From Candidatus Troglogloeales bacterium (GTDB taxonomy: Bacteria; Nitrospirota; Nitrospiria; SBBL01), in contig SBBL01000018.1 in NCBI GenBank assembly GCA_005239745.1, forward strand, positions 1-33,603: a stretch of DNA of 33,603 nt, written 5' to 3'. Shown here in pieces: positions 1 through 8,438 of the stretch. A program made the translations under genes and the position numbers. The notes beneath the pieces were generated by a model, which saw only the letters and a list, made by a program, of their open reading frames with translations, was not told the DNA's origin and did no database searches. Within the stretch, counting starts at the first letter, position 1, and each line of letters starts with the position of its first letter.

Positions 1-107
1 CGTCGCTTACATACAGAAGGGTATGCGCGCTCCTCGCGCCTTGCAAACAGGGCGACTCGTTTGCCCTTTGTGTATACGTTATTCCTTGACAAGCCCTAAA
101 GTCGCAA

Positions 108-1649
108 ATGACCCCGTCTAAGATTCTTATCCTTGATTTCGGGTCCCAGTACACGCAGCTTATCGCCCGTCGTATTCGAGAAGCAAAGGTTTTTGCCGAA
201 ATCGTCCCATTTCACATCTCTCTTGATGACGTTCGATCGTATGCCCCATCGGGCATTATTCTGTCAGGTGGACCTTCCAGTGTCTACGATCCTCAGGCTC
301 CCCAAGTCCACCCGGATATGTTTAATCTTTCAATCCCCGTCCTGGGCATTTGTTACGGCATGCAAATCATGGCACACGTTCTGGGAGGCGTGGTTGCCGG
401 TTCAGTCTCCCGGGAGTATGGTGCCGCCACTTTGACGATTGTGCACCCTTCCCGCCTCTTGGATCGCATGGGCGCGTCAACGCGGATTTGGATGAGCCAT
501 GGGGATCGAATTGAAAAGATGCCGACGAGGTTTCAGGTGATTGCAAAAACGGCATCCTCCCCCGTTGCCGCCATGGCAGACGTGAAGCGAAACCTCTATG
601 CCCTACAATTTCATCCGGAAGTGGTGGACACCCCAAAAGGCCCCGTTTTGCTTAAAAACTTCCTTTTTCAGATTTGTGGATGTACGCCCACATGGAAAAT
701 GACCTCATTTCTTACCGAGGCGTCGAAGCGGGTGGCGCAACAAATTGGTGATGGGCACGCGATCTGTGCCGTCAGTGGCGGGGTGGATTCTGCGGTGGCG
801 GCGGCACTCGTCGGCCGTGTCATTGGTGACCGCCTTACCTGTATTTTTGTTGATAACGGACTTTTGCGAAAAGGCGAAGCCCGACAAGTCGCCAAAACAT
901 TTGCGCAGATGGGTTTCCGATACAAACAGATCCCTGCGGCACGCCGATTTATCGGCCCACTTGCCGGCGTGACAAATCCGGAAAAAAAACGAAAGATTAT
1001 TGGACGGACCTTCATTCACATTTTTGAAGAAGAGGCTAAACGGGCGTCCGGTCGGGGGGTTCATTTTTTGGTGCAGGGAACGCTCTACCCTGATGTGATT
1101 GAAAGTGTATCGGTGCTTGGGCCATCGGTCACCATTAAAAGCCATCATAACGTAGGGGGACTGCCTAAGCGGATGACGCTGCAATTGGTAGAGCCGATTA
1201 AGCGACTCTTTAAGGATGAAGTTAGGGAGCTAGGGAAGGTGCTGGGGTTACCGGAGACATTACTGGATCGCCACCCGTTTCCGGGGCCCGGGCTTGCCGT
1301 GCGTATCGTCGGCGAAGTTACCAAAAGACGACTAGACCTCCTTCGTGAAGCCGACGCCATCTTCCAAGAAGAGATTGACAAGCGGGGACTGCACGCGGCC
1401 CTCTGGCAGGCCTTTGCCGTCTACCTCCCTATTCGCAGCGTTGGCGTAATGGGAGACCAACGAACCTACCAAGACGTCATCGCCCTACGTGCCGTGGTCA
1501 GCACCGATGGCATGACGGCGGATTGGGCGATGCTCCCGGAAGATCTTTTGCGGACGGTCTCCGGACGCATCACGAATGAAGTCTGCGGTATCAATCGTGT
1601 CGTATTGGATGTCTCATCCAAACCTCCCAGCACGATTGAATGGGAGTAG
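108..1649 (+). CDS. guaA: GMP synthase (glutamine-hydrolysing)
   Basis: 513-aa ORF. N-terminal class-I glutamine amidotransferase domain (GICYGMQ catalytic-Cys region), central ATP-pyrophosphatase P-loop SGGVDS, and the canonical C-terminal tail ...SSKPPSTIEWE. Confidence 0.95.
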   Translation: MTPSKILILDFGSQYTQLIARRIREAKVFAEIVPFHISLDDVRSYAPSGIILSGGPSSVYDPQAPQVHPDMFNLSIPVLGICYGMQIMAHVLGGVVAGSVSREYGAATLTIVHPSRLLDRMGASTRIWMSHGDRIEKMPTRFQVIAKTASSPVAAMADVKRNLYALQFHPEVVDTPKGPVLLKNFLFQICGCTPTWKMTSFLTEASKRVAQQIGDGHAICAVSGGVDSAVAAALVGRVIGDRLTCIFVDNGLLRKGEARQVAKTFAQMGFRYKQIPAARRFIGPLAGVTNPEKKRKIIGRTFIHIFEEEAKRASGRGVHFLVQGTLYPDVIESVSVLGPSVTIKSHHNVGGLPKRMTLQLVEPIKRLFKDEVRELGKVLGLPETLLDRHPFPGPGLAVRIVGEVTKRRLDLLREADAIFQEEIDKRGLHAALWQAFAVYLPIRSVGVMGDQRTYQDVIALRAVVSTDGMTADWAMLPEDLLRTVSGRITNEVCGINRVVLDVSSKPPSTIEWE

Positions 1650-2573
1650 TGCTTGGGTGACGATCTTTGCACGCTCCCACTGAGATAGCCGGATTGGCCG
1701 GTCCAGTACATCAAAGGGCGAGGCTTCAATCCGGTCAATCAGCGCGACATAAGTTTGGAGCATTAACGAAATTGCCAAACGGGCATCCGGATCAATCAGA
1801 GGAATAAGATGCCGTGCTTCCTGGAAGAGGTTTTGGATACGGGCGCACTGTTCGTGTATTAAACGCAAAAAACTACCGCTTTTTATCCTTTTGATCAGGT
1901 CATATTCGGAAAGGCCGGCGGCGTGAATTTCATCGAGTGGCAGATAAATACGGCCACGATTCAGGTCCTCGCCGATATCTCGAACAATGTTCGTCAGTTG
2001 CAAGGCGGTAGAGAGGGCGAGACCGTATCGCAACGCCATGGGACTTGAATATCCAAAAATAGGCAAAGAGAGATCGCGGATGGACGTTGCCACCCGGTCG
2101 CAATAGACCAATAAAGCGGCAAATGTGTTGTAACGGTTAATCGTCAAGTCCATCCGACAGCCTTCGATAAGGGCCAAAAACCCCGACTTGGGCACCGGAT
2201 ATTGTGTTAGGGTATGCGCAAGCGCGATCGTAATAGGATGCGTGGGCTTTTGGTTGTAACAGCGATCAATCTCTTCTTCCCATGCCACAAGTGCGGCTTC
2301 CCGGCCGGTAGAAGCATCCGATAGCCGTTCATCTACGATGTCGTCTGTGTAGCGACAAAGGGCATACACGGCATAAATGGCATCACGTTTTCTAGGGGGA
2401 AGAAACCGAAACCCCAAAGAAAAGTGCGGCCCGTGCCGATGGGCAACCCGTTTGCAGTAGAGATAGCTTTCTTTGACGGTTATCTTTCCCGTGTTCGACA
2501 CCAATGTATCTGAGGTCCGTGCATACATTTTTGACTGGCCCTCCATCGCCATTTTATCCATGGAAGCATCCAA
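1614..2573 (-). CDS. squalene/phytoene synthase family head-to-head prenyl synthase (HpnD/CrtB-like)
   Basis: 319 aa. N-terminal SYLYCKRVA... segment, Asp-rich motif YALCRYTDDIVDE and a second acidic motif (RDIGEDL) typical of trans-isoprenyl diphosphate synthases of the head-to-head class. The 5' end overlaps the upstream ORF by 94 nt and the 3' end overlaps convergent guaA by 36 nt, so the start is uncertain. Confidence 0.8.
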   Translation of the reverse strand: MDASMDKMAMEGQSKMYARTSDTLVSNTGKITVKESYLYCKRVAHRHGPHFSLGFRFLPPRKRDAIYAVYALCRYTDDIVDERLSDASTGREAALVAWEEEIDRCYNQKPTHPITIALAHTLTQYPVPKSGFLALIEGCRMDLTINRYNTFAALLVYCDRVATSIRDLSLPIFGYSSPMALRYGLALSTALQLTNIVRDIGEDLNRGRIYLPLDEIHAAGLSEYDLIKRIKSGSFLRLIHEQCARIQNLFQEARHLIPLIDPDARLAISLMLQTYVALIDRIEASPFDVLDRPIRLSQWERAKIVTQALLPFNRAGRFG

Positions 2574-3598
2574 CGCTTCCAGTGCACCGATTTATGCCAC
2601 CCTGCCAAATACGCCTGTAAGTCGCCGCGTCCCGCTTGCCGTATCATGGTCGCAAGCCCCAGATTGCCTCCCCATTCATATAAATAGCGGTTCACCAGAC
2701 TGATTTCTTGTGTCACGCCCAGCAGTGCATCGCGGCCGATAAGTTTCGTATAAGGCTCATTGTGAATCATGCTCTGTGCGGAAAGATACCCCGTTGTTGT
2801 GGCATAACGAAGCCCCAGACCAAACAGATAATCCTGAAAGCCACCCGCCTCTCCGACGTAACGGTGTGATTCCCGTTCAGGCGTGGCGTTCAAACTAAAG
2901 TTCATAAAAGAATAGCCCGTTTGTTTATCGCGGATAGAAAACGGGGTGATTTTTTGAAACTGTTCAACCGCGCGATTAAAGTAGTGGTCTATCTTTGTAA
3001 ACTCACGTGTGACGGCGCACCCTAGTGTTGCCTGACCGCTTAAAACGAAGAGATAGGCATAACCCCCCGGTGAAACGGTGGTATCGAAGAGAACAAGAAC
3101 CGCGTCCGATAAGGTTGTTGAGAATACCATCTCTTTAGACAGGCCATCGGCAACGGCGGGGCCGGTGGCGACAATATCGGCCTGCGTCGGTTTGAGTCGC
3201 GTCAGGTAGCGGACCTCAACCCCTGCTTCCAGCGCTTGTCTAAGCAGGCTGCTATCCAGTGTATCAGGTGACTGCCGGCCCCCTCTCCCACGTCTAATGA
3301 GGTATCCCACCGGGCGGTTTCCTTTTACCGGTTGTGGGTTTAGCCGCCAGTCAAAGAAAACAGCTTTATGGATAGGCTTAATCACAAAATCATCCGGTGA
3401 TAGGCCAAACCGTGTGAGCGTCTGGAGGGCATCTTCCGCCCCGCTCGTGTTTTCAATAATCTGGAATCCACCGGTAAATCTGGCGCCGACGGATTTTCGT
3501 GCTTCGGAGATTTCCACGGCGATACCGGCGCGTGCGAGAGTAATGGCTGCGGTAAGCCCCGCGGGCCCTGCCCCTGCAATACGAACGGTGGTCCTCAT
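2480..3598 (-). CDS. FAD-dependent oxidoreductase, geranylgeranyl-reductase family
   Basis: 372 aa. N-terminal Rossmann dinucleotide motif IAGAGPAGLTAA, with size and overall pattern matching the geranylgeranyl reductase / FAD-binding family. The C-terminal ~40 aa are Trp/Arg-rich and atypical. Confidence 0.7.
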   Translation of the reverse strand: MRTTVRIAGAGPAGLTAAITLARAGIAVEISEARKSVGARFTGGFQIIENTSGAEDALQTLTRFGLSPDDFVIKPIHKAVFFDWRLNPQPVKGNRPVGYLIRRGRGGRQSPDTLDSSLLRQALEAGVEVRYLTRLKPTQADIVATGPAVADGLSKEMVFSTTLSDAVLVLFDTTVSPGGYAYLFVLSGQATLGCAVTREFTKIDHYFNRAVEQFQKITPFSIRDKQTGYSFMNFSLNATPERESHRYVGEAGGFQDYLFGLGLRYATTTGYLSAQSMIHNEPYTKLIGRDALLGVTQEISLVNRYLYEWGGNLGLATMIRQAGRGDLQAYLAGWHKSVHWKRWMLPWIKWRWRASQKCMHGPQIHWCRTRER

Positions 3599-3604
3599 TG
3601 CGCG

Positions 3605-4294
3605 TCAGGCCTCAATCACCCATTCAAACAGCCAAAGGGAAGAAATGGACATAATGATGTCAAAAATAAAAAGCAGTTCTATCCAATGGCGATAGAGTGC
3701 AAAGGGCATCCCTGTAAGGGCAGATCGCGTGGCCTCAACAGCGCCGATAAAAAGGGGGACCGTGAGTGGCAATAACAGAATGGGGAACATAGCGTCACGC
3801 GCCCGTACCTGTACGGTCATGGCCGAAAAAAGCGTCCCCAGCGCACAGAACCCCAGGGTGGCGCCAAGAAGGATAACGGAAAGCTCGGTAATTTTGTTAA
3901 ATAGATTAATGTTGAAAAACAAACCAAAAGCCGGCAATAAAACCAATGCGGCGGAGAGCATCAACAGAAAATTTCCGATGAATTTGCCCAGATAAATGGC
4001 CCCCTTATGAACGGGTGCCAGTTGAAGCGCTTCCATACAGTCGTTCCGGGTTTCCGACAAAAATATCCGTCCCAATCCGGTGACCCCGGTAAATCCGATG
4101 GCAATCCAAATGATTCCAGACATGAGGGCCATTTCCGTATCTTTCTGTGCCCAACGGTCTACGGGCAAACTGAAGCCAAAGATCAGGATGACGATGAGCG
4201 CGAAGAAAAACATGGACGAAAGGGATTCCCGGCTGCGTATTTCACAGAGGAGATCTTTCCAGAGAATCCATCGGATGACACTCAGAAAACGCAT
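3605..4294 (-). CDS. ccmB: heme exporter permease CcmB-like (cytochrome c maturation ABC transporter permease)
   Basis: 229 aa with six hydrophobic segments. CcmB-like conserved stretches (GIIWIAIGF..., ...FPILLLPLTVPLFIGAVEAT...). Confidence 0.7.
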   Translation of the reverse strand: MRFLSVIRWILWKDLLCEIRSRESLSSMFFFALIVILIFGFSLPVDRWAQKDTEMALMSGIIWIAIGFTGVTGLGRIFLSETRNDCMEALQLAPVHKGAIYLGKFIGNFLLMLSAALVLLPAFGLFFNINLFNKITELSVILLGATLGFCALGTLFSAMTVQVRARDAMFPILLLPLTVPLFIGAVEATRSALTGMPFALYRHWIELLFIFDIIMSISSLWLFEWVIEA

Positions 4295-4469
4295 GGGCCG
4301 TTCGGTATGAAGGATACGGGCACCGTATCATGGTGGTATTGCATGAGGCAAGCGTCCCTTACGAGGCGTCTACGATCAGGCGATTGCGTCCCCGTCCACA
4401 TAGTTGCTATGATGTGCCAACGCAGTCGGCGACGTGCCCGGTATCGGCATAACGGATAACAAGGAAAAC

Positions 4470-5123
4470 ATGCCACAAGCCACATCCACCTCCGTATCCG
4501 TAGAAATCATGGGGAGACCCTATCGCGTGCCCCAGGGGATTACGCTGGTTCAGGCCATGTGGCATACGGGCCATGAGATGATCCGGGGCATTGGGTGCCT
4601 GGGGGGTGTCTGTGGGGCCTGCGCGACCCTTTACCGCACCGAAGGCGATCACACCTTAAAATCCGGCCTTGCCTGCCAGCTCATTGTGGAAGAGGGCCTG
4701 TCATTCGCGCTCTCGGCGCCTCTGCCCGTCAGAAAGCCGATCTATCCTATGTCGTTGTTGGAGACGGGACCTTCTGACCCGAAGCAGGATTTGTTCACTT
4801 ACTTTCCGGAAGCGGCCTCTTGCCGAAATTGCAATGCCTGTACGGAGGCCTGTCCACAAGGGATTGACGTCCGGACCGGTATCTGGAAGGCAGTCTTCGG
4901 TGATTTCAAAGATGCCGCCGACCTCTTTCTCCCGTGCGTGATGTGTCATCTTTGCGTGCCCGTTTGTATTGCCAATATTTCGTCCGACCAAGTGGGGCTC
5001 TACGTACGGCGCGCTCAAGGGGTCTTCTTCACCCCCATCCCGGACCAACTCAATACCCGTATCAGTGAAATAGAAAGCGGCCGGTTTGATGCACAGTGGG
5101 CGGAGATGGAAGCGTCCCTATGA
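4470..5123 (+). CDS. iron-sulfur protein with SdhB/FrdB-like cluster architecture (2Fe-2S plus two 4Fe-4S-type motifs)
   Basis: Plant-type 2Fe-2S motif C-x4-C-x2-C...C (GCLGGVCGAC...LAC), then CRNCNACTEACP (CxxCxxCxxxCP) and CVMCHLCVPVC. Start placed at the ATG preceded by an AAGGA RBS; the ORF track starts 36 nt earlier. Confidence 0.65.
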   Translation: MPQATSTSVSVEIMGRPYRVPQGITLVQAMWHTGHEMIRGIGCLGGVCGACATLYRTEGDHTLKSGLACQLIVEEGLSFALSAPLPVRKPIYPMSLLETGPSDPKQDLFTYFPEAASCRNCNACTEACPQGIDVRTGIWKAVFGDFKDAADLFLPCVMCHLCVPVCIANISSDQVGLYVRRAQGVFFTPIPDQLNTRISEIESGRFDAQWAEMEASL

Positions 5124-6160
5124 GAACCTTCATTCGGCAGATGGAAGAGAAGGCCGTTAGAGGTGGACGGTTGACTTATGAGGAAGGATGCCGTCTCATT
5201 GGAGCCACAGGCCCAGACATTCTTGATCTAATCGCATCTGCGAACAGAATTCGGGTCCACTACTGGGGCGACCGGATCAATCTCTGTTCCATTGTTAATG
5301 CCAAGTCGGGAAATTGTGCGGAGGATTGTAAGTTTTGTACGCAGTCTGCCTATCACGATACGGGGATACCCACCTATCCGCTGATGGACTCAGAGCGTCT
5401 GCTTGCGGAAGCGGAGATGGCAGCCCGAAACGGCGCCGGCGCCTTTGGTATTGTCGCCGCGTGGCGTGGCATGCGGCCCGGACGTGATCTTGAGGCGACG
5501 CTTTCCAGAATTCGTGAGTTGGTGGCCGCCGGGCACACGCGCACCGATGCCTCACTGGGTATCATTAGCGATCCTGTGATTGCCCTTCAGTTGAAGGAGG
5601 CCGGACTTGCCTACTATAACCATAATTTAGAAACGGCACGCTCATTTTTCCCCAATATTTGTACAACACACACCTATGATGATCGGGTGCGCACCATTGA
5701 ATATTGCAAGGCCGCCGGCATCCGTATCTGCTCAGGCGGTATTGTTGGCATGGGGGAATCGCCGATGCAGCGGGTTGAGCTGGCCGTCGCCCTACAGGAG
5801 TTGGATGTGGACGTGGTGCCATTGAACTTTCTGCATGCGATGCCGGGGACGTCGTTTGAAAAACTCCCGCCGCTTAGGCCCATGGAGCTCCTTAAAATCA
5901 TCGCGCTCTTTCGGTTCATGTTGCCCTCTAAGGACATTATGACTGCCGGTGGCCGTGAGGTGCACCTGCGCGATTTACAGTCGTGGATGTTTGCCGCAGG
6001 TGCCAGCCATACCTTGATCGGTAATTATCTGACAACGGAGGGGCGTCGGCCGGAAGACGATCTGAAGATGATTGACGATCTTGATTTGACCTGTGCTTCC
6101 GAATGCGGAACGCCCACCCCGTTGCCATCTATCCGTGCCGATGCGTTGGCTGTATTATGA
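5120..6160 (+). CDS. bioB: biotin synthase
   Basis: Radical-SAM motif CAEDCKFC in a BioB-like context (SIVNAKSGNCAEDCKFCTQS), plus the strongly BioB-like block GLAYYNHNLETARSFFPNICTTHTYDDRVRTIEYCKAAGIRICSGGIVGMGE. The start ATG overlaps the upstream stop (ATGA). Confidence 0.85.
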   Translation: MRTFIRQMEEKAVRGGRLTYEEGCRLIGATGPDILDLIASANRIRVHYWGDRINLCSIVNAKSGNCAEDCKFCTQSAYHDTGIPTYPLMDSERLLAEAEMAARNGAGAFGIVAAWRGMRPGRDLEATLSRIRELVAAGHTRTDASLGIISDPVIALQLKEAGLAYYNHNLETARSFFPNICTTHTYDDRVRTIEYCKAAGIRICSGGIVGMGESPMQRVELAVALQELDVDVVPLNFLHAMPGTSFEKLPPLRPMELLKIIALFRFMLPSKDIMTAGGREVHLRDLQSWMFAAGASHTLIGNYLTTEGRRPEDDLKMIDDLDLTCASECGTPTPLPSIRADALAVL

Positions 6161-6674
6161 CCAGGTGCCATCCCCCTTGGGCGATCTTTGGATGGTTGCC
6201 TGCGAAGAGGGCCTTTGCCTGTTACGGTGGGGGTGTGATCGGCGGACGCTTGTCGGGGATGAGGGTGGCCCCTTGCCACCGGTGGGACGTTTTGGTTTTA
6301 AGACGGAATGGCGTTTCAAAAGGGTTGTGATGCACCGGTGGCGTGAGTTGCTATTTGCCTACTTCTCCGGTCGTAGGGTACGGTTCGATGCGCCGATTGC
6401 CCTCCCCTGGGGGACGCCTTTCCAAAAGGCGGTTTGGCAAGGTATGATGCGCATCCCGTATGCCCACGTGCAGAGCTATCAGGCGCTTGCCATACAGGTG
6501 GGAAAGGGTGCCGCCGCGCGTGCGGTCGGTAGTGCCTGTGGGAAAAACCCGTTGCCTATCGTGATTCCATGCCACCGGGTGATCCGCCATGACGGGACAA
6601 TGGGTGGATACACAGGTGGGGTATCTATCAAGCGACAATTACTACAACTAGAAGGAGTAACGTTCCATGAGTAA
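6141..6674 (+). CDS. ogt: methylated-DNA--protein-cysteine methyltransferase
   Basis: Active-site motif IPCHRVI and an N-terminal YYDQVPSPLGDLWMVA pattern typical of Ogt/Ada-C. Start chosen at the internal Met matching family N-termini; it overlaps the bioB 3' end by 20 nt. Confidence 0.8.
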   Translation: MRWLYYDQVPSPLGDLWMVACEEGLCLLRWGCDRRTLVGDEGGPLPPVGRFGFKTEWRFKRVVMHRWRELLFAYFSGRRVRFDAPIALPWGTPFQKAVWQGMMRIPYAHVQSYQALAIQVGKGAAARAVGSACGKNPLPIVIPCHRVIRHDGTMGGYTGGVSIKRQLLQLEGVTFHE

Positions 6675-7488
6675 TACGTATGATCCAAGGATGCCGTCTA
6701 TGGGGCAATTGTCACCCAAGCTCATTGCGATAGGGGTCGTTACACTGCTGGTTGTCGCTCTTGCCGCATCGTCTATAGCGATCGTCGGCCCTGGGGAGAG
6801 AGGTGTTGTTTTCAGTCAAATCAGTGGCATCCGGGATATCCTTCTGTCGGAAGGCCTTCACTTCAGGGTTCCATTTGTTGAGACGGTCATCCTCATTGAT
6901 GTAAAAGTTCAAAAGGTGCAGACGGAGGCGTCGGCATCGTCAAAAGACCTACAAGTGGTTGAGACGGCCGTTGCCGTCAACTTTCATGTAGACCCTGCAT
7001 CTGCGCAAAAGCTGTATCAAGAGGTGGGGCTCTCGTTCAAAGATCGGATCGTGGACCCTGCCATTCAAGAATCCGTGAAGGCCATTGCGGCGGGGTTTAC
7101 GGCGGAAGAGCTGATTACCCGCCGGGCCGAGGTAAAGAATAAAATAAAGGCCGATTTGGCAAAGCGGTTGATCGTCTTTAATTTGATTGTGGACGAGTTC
7201 TCGATCGTTAATTTTTCGTTTTCTCAGCAGTTTAATGCAGCAATTGAGGCCAAACAGGCGGCGGAGCAAGCCGCGTTAACGGCCAAGCGAGACCTGGAAC
7301 GAATCAAGATCGAAGCCGAACAGCGCATTACGCAGGCTGAGGCAGAGTCAAAGGCGCAGCAGCTCCAAAAAGAGACCCTCACCCCTATTCTGTTGCAGTT
7401 ACGGGCCATTGAAAAATGGGATGGGAAGCTGCCGCAGGTCTCCGGCGGAGCGACGCCTTTCATTAACGTGGATGCCATGAGCAAGTAA
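6667..7488 (+). CDS. SPFH/band-7 (prohibitin-like) membrane protein
   Basis: 273 aa. N-terminal TM helix, PHB/SPFH domain pattern, and a C-terminal Ala/Glu/Gln-rich coiled-coil region. Confidence 0.8.
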   Translation: MSNTYDPRMPSMGQLSPKLIAIGVVTLLVVALAASSIAIVGPGERGVVFSQISGIRDILLSEGLHFRVPFVETVILIDVKVQKVQTEASASSKDLQVVETAVAVNFHVDPASAQKLYQEVGLSFKDRIVDPAIQESVKAIAAGFTAEELITRRAEVKNKIKADLAKRLIVFNLIVDEFSIVNFSFSQQFNAAIEAKQAAEQAALTAKRDLERIKIEAEQRITQAEAESKAQQLQKETLTPILLQLRAIEKWDGKLPQVSGGATPFINVDAMSK

Positions 7489-7513
7489 CGTAAGGGCATG
7501 GCGAACAATTGGG

Positions 7514-7543
7514 TTGACAAGGGGAGAAGCAGCACGATACGAT
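7514..7543 (+). promoter_or_regulatory. candidate sigma70-type promoter upstream of the OFOR gene cluster (TTGACA-18 nt-TACGAT)
   Basis: Perfect -35 hexamer TTGACA at 7514-7519 and a TAcgAT -10-like hexamer at 7538-7543, inside a 146-bp intergenic region. Confidence 0.3.
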
Positions 7544-7634
7544 GATCGTGGTGGTGTGGTTGGTCCCATGAGCCACGATGGGATTTGGGTGTTGAGTATA
7601 GGTGGTTTGATCTAATTGGGGTTTTAGCGGTGAT

Positions 7635-8393
7635 ATGGTGATGATGAATAGAGGTGCTGTGTACGAGGTTTTGCCGGGGCCGGAGGGGATTCTTCCACCG
7701 GCTGCGACGGTGATGGGCGTTTGTTTACCGGAGGAAGGTGAAGGACTGTTGCATGGCAGGATCGTCTCAGAAGAAGAGGCGATGCGATCTGCGGCAATTG
7801 CCATGCTCACGCGCCGGAATCCAACACTCTTTCCAGGCCCTTTAATGCTTTGGGGGTGGACGGAACATACACGGGATAAGTCTGCCCCGTTCTTTGAAGT
7901 TGCCCGAGAGATACCGGGGGTGCGCATTATTCCCATGCCGGACTATCGTCCCATTTACCCAAAGATTGACCCGGAAGCGGTGATTAATCCGTGTCATCCC
8001 AACCTGACGATCTGGCACAATAAAATTGAAGCCTGCGTTCTCATCGGAGTGCATTGTCATTTTGCGAATGTTACCCTTAAAATTATTCGTGGGGGGACGA
8101 ATTGTTTTACGATTGCCCTATGTGCCGAAGCAGGCCACGAAGACGCCATGAGTTCGGTCCCGAATGTGGGGGCGGAAAAAATTGCTCGTTTTGCGGAAAT
8201 TTTGAGATTGGTTAAAAAAGAAGGCGTTAAGCCGCTTTATGCCGGGCAAGGAATTATCCCCTCCGGGTGGGCCCAAGTGGCAAGCTTGGGTGGATCTGCA
8301 GGAGGGCAAAACGGTGCTTTTGTGGACAATGGGCTCTCTCACCATGGGCTTTCCCATGATTTGGAACATGGTCTAGACGAGAACGAAGAGTAG
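7635..8393 (+). CDS. putative fifth (epsilon-like) subunit of a five-subunit 2-oxoacid:ferredoxin oxidoreductase; otherwise hypothetical
   Basis: 252-aa ORF directly upstream of, and co-oriented with, the alpha/beta/gamma/delta genes. The size (~27 kDa) matches the extra subunit of Hydrogenobacter-type For/Por enzymes. No recognisable motif; assigned by position only. Confidence 0.45.
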   Translation: MVMMNRGAVYEVLPGPEGILPPAATVMGVCLPEEGEGLLHGRIVSEEEAMRSAAIAMLTRRNPTLFPGPLMLWGWTEHTRDKSAPFFEVAREIPGVRIIPMPDYRPIYPKIDPEAVINPCHPNLTIWHNKIEACVLIGVHCHFANVTLKIIRGGTNCFTIALCAEAGHEDAMSSVPNVGAEKIARFAEILRLVKKEGVKPLYAGQGIIPSGWAQVASLGGSAGGQNGAFVDNGLSHHGLSHDLEHGLDENEE

Positions 8394-8438
8394 TGTGGGG
8401 GGGGAAAGGTCTAGGTAATTAAGAATAGTGAGGACACG

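Noticed and set aside
85-107. TTGACA hexamer upstream of guaA
   Set aside because: It lies only 18-23 nt from the guaA start codon, leaving no room for a -10 element and a 5' UTR. Not a credible promoter in that position.
133-5048. Numerous 60-160-aa ORFs in alternative frames or antisense to guaA, the prenyl synthase, the flavoprotein, ccmB and the Fe-S gene (for example 133-435, 668-1015, 705-1184, 4007-4459, 4701-5048)
   Set aside because: They lie entirely inside better-supported genes in a GC-rich sequence where long spurious frames are expected. They have no recognisable motifs or RBS.
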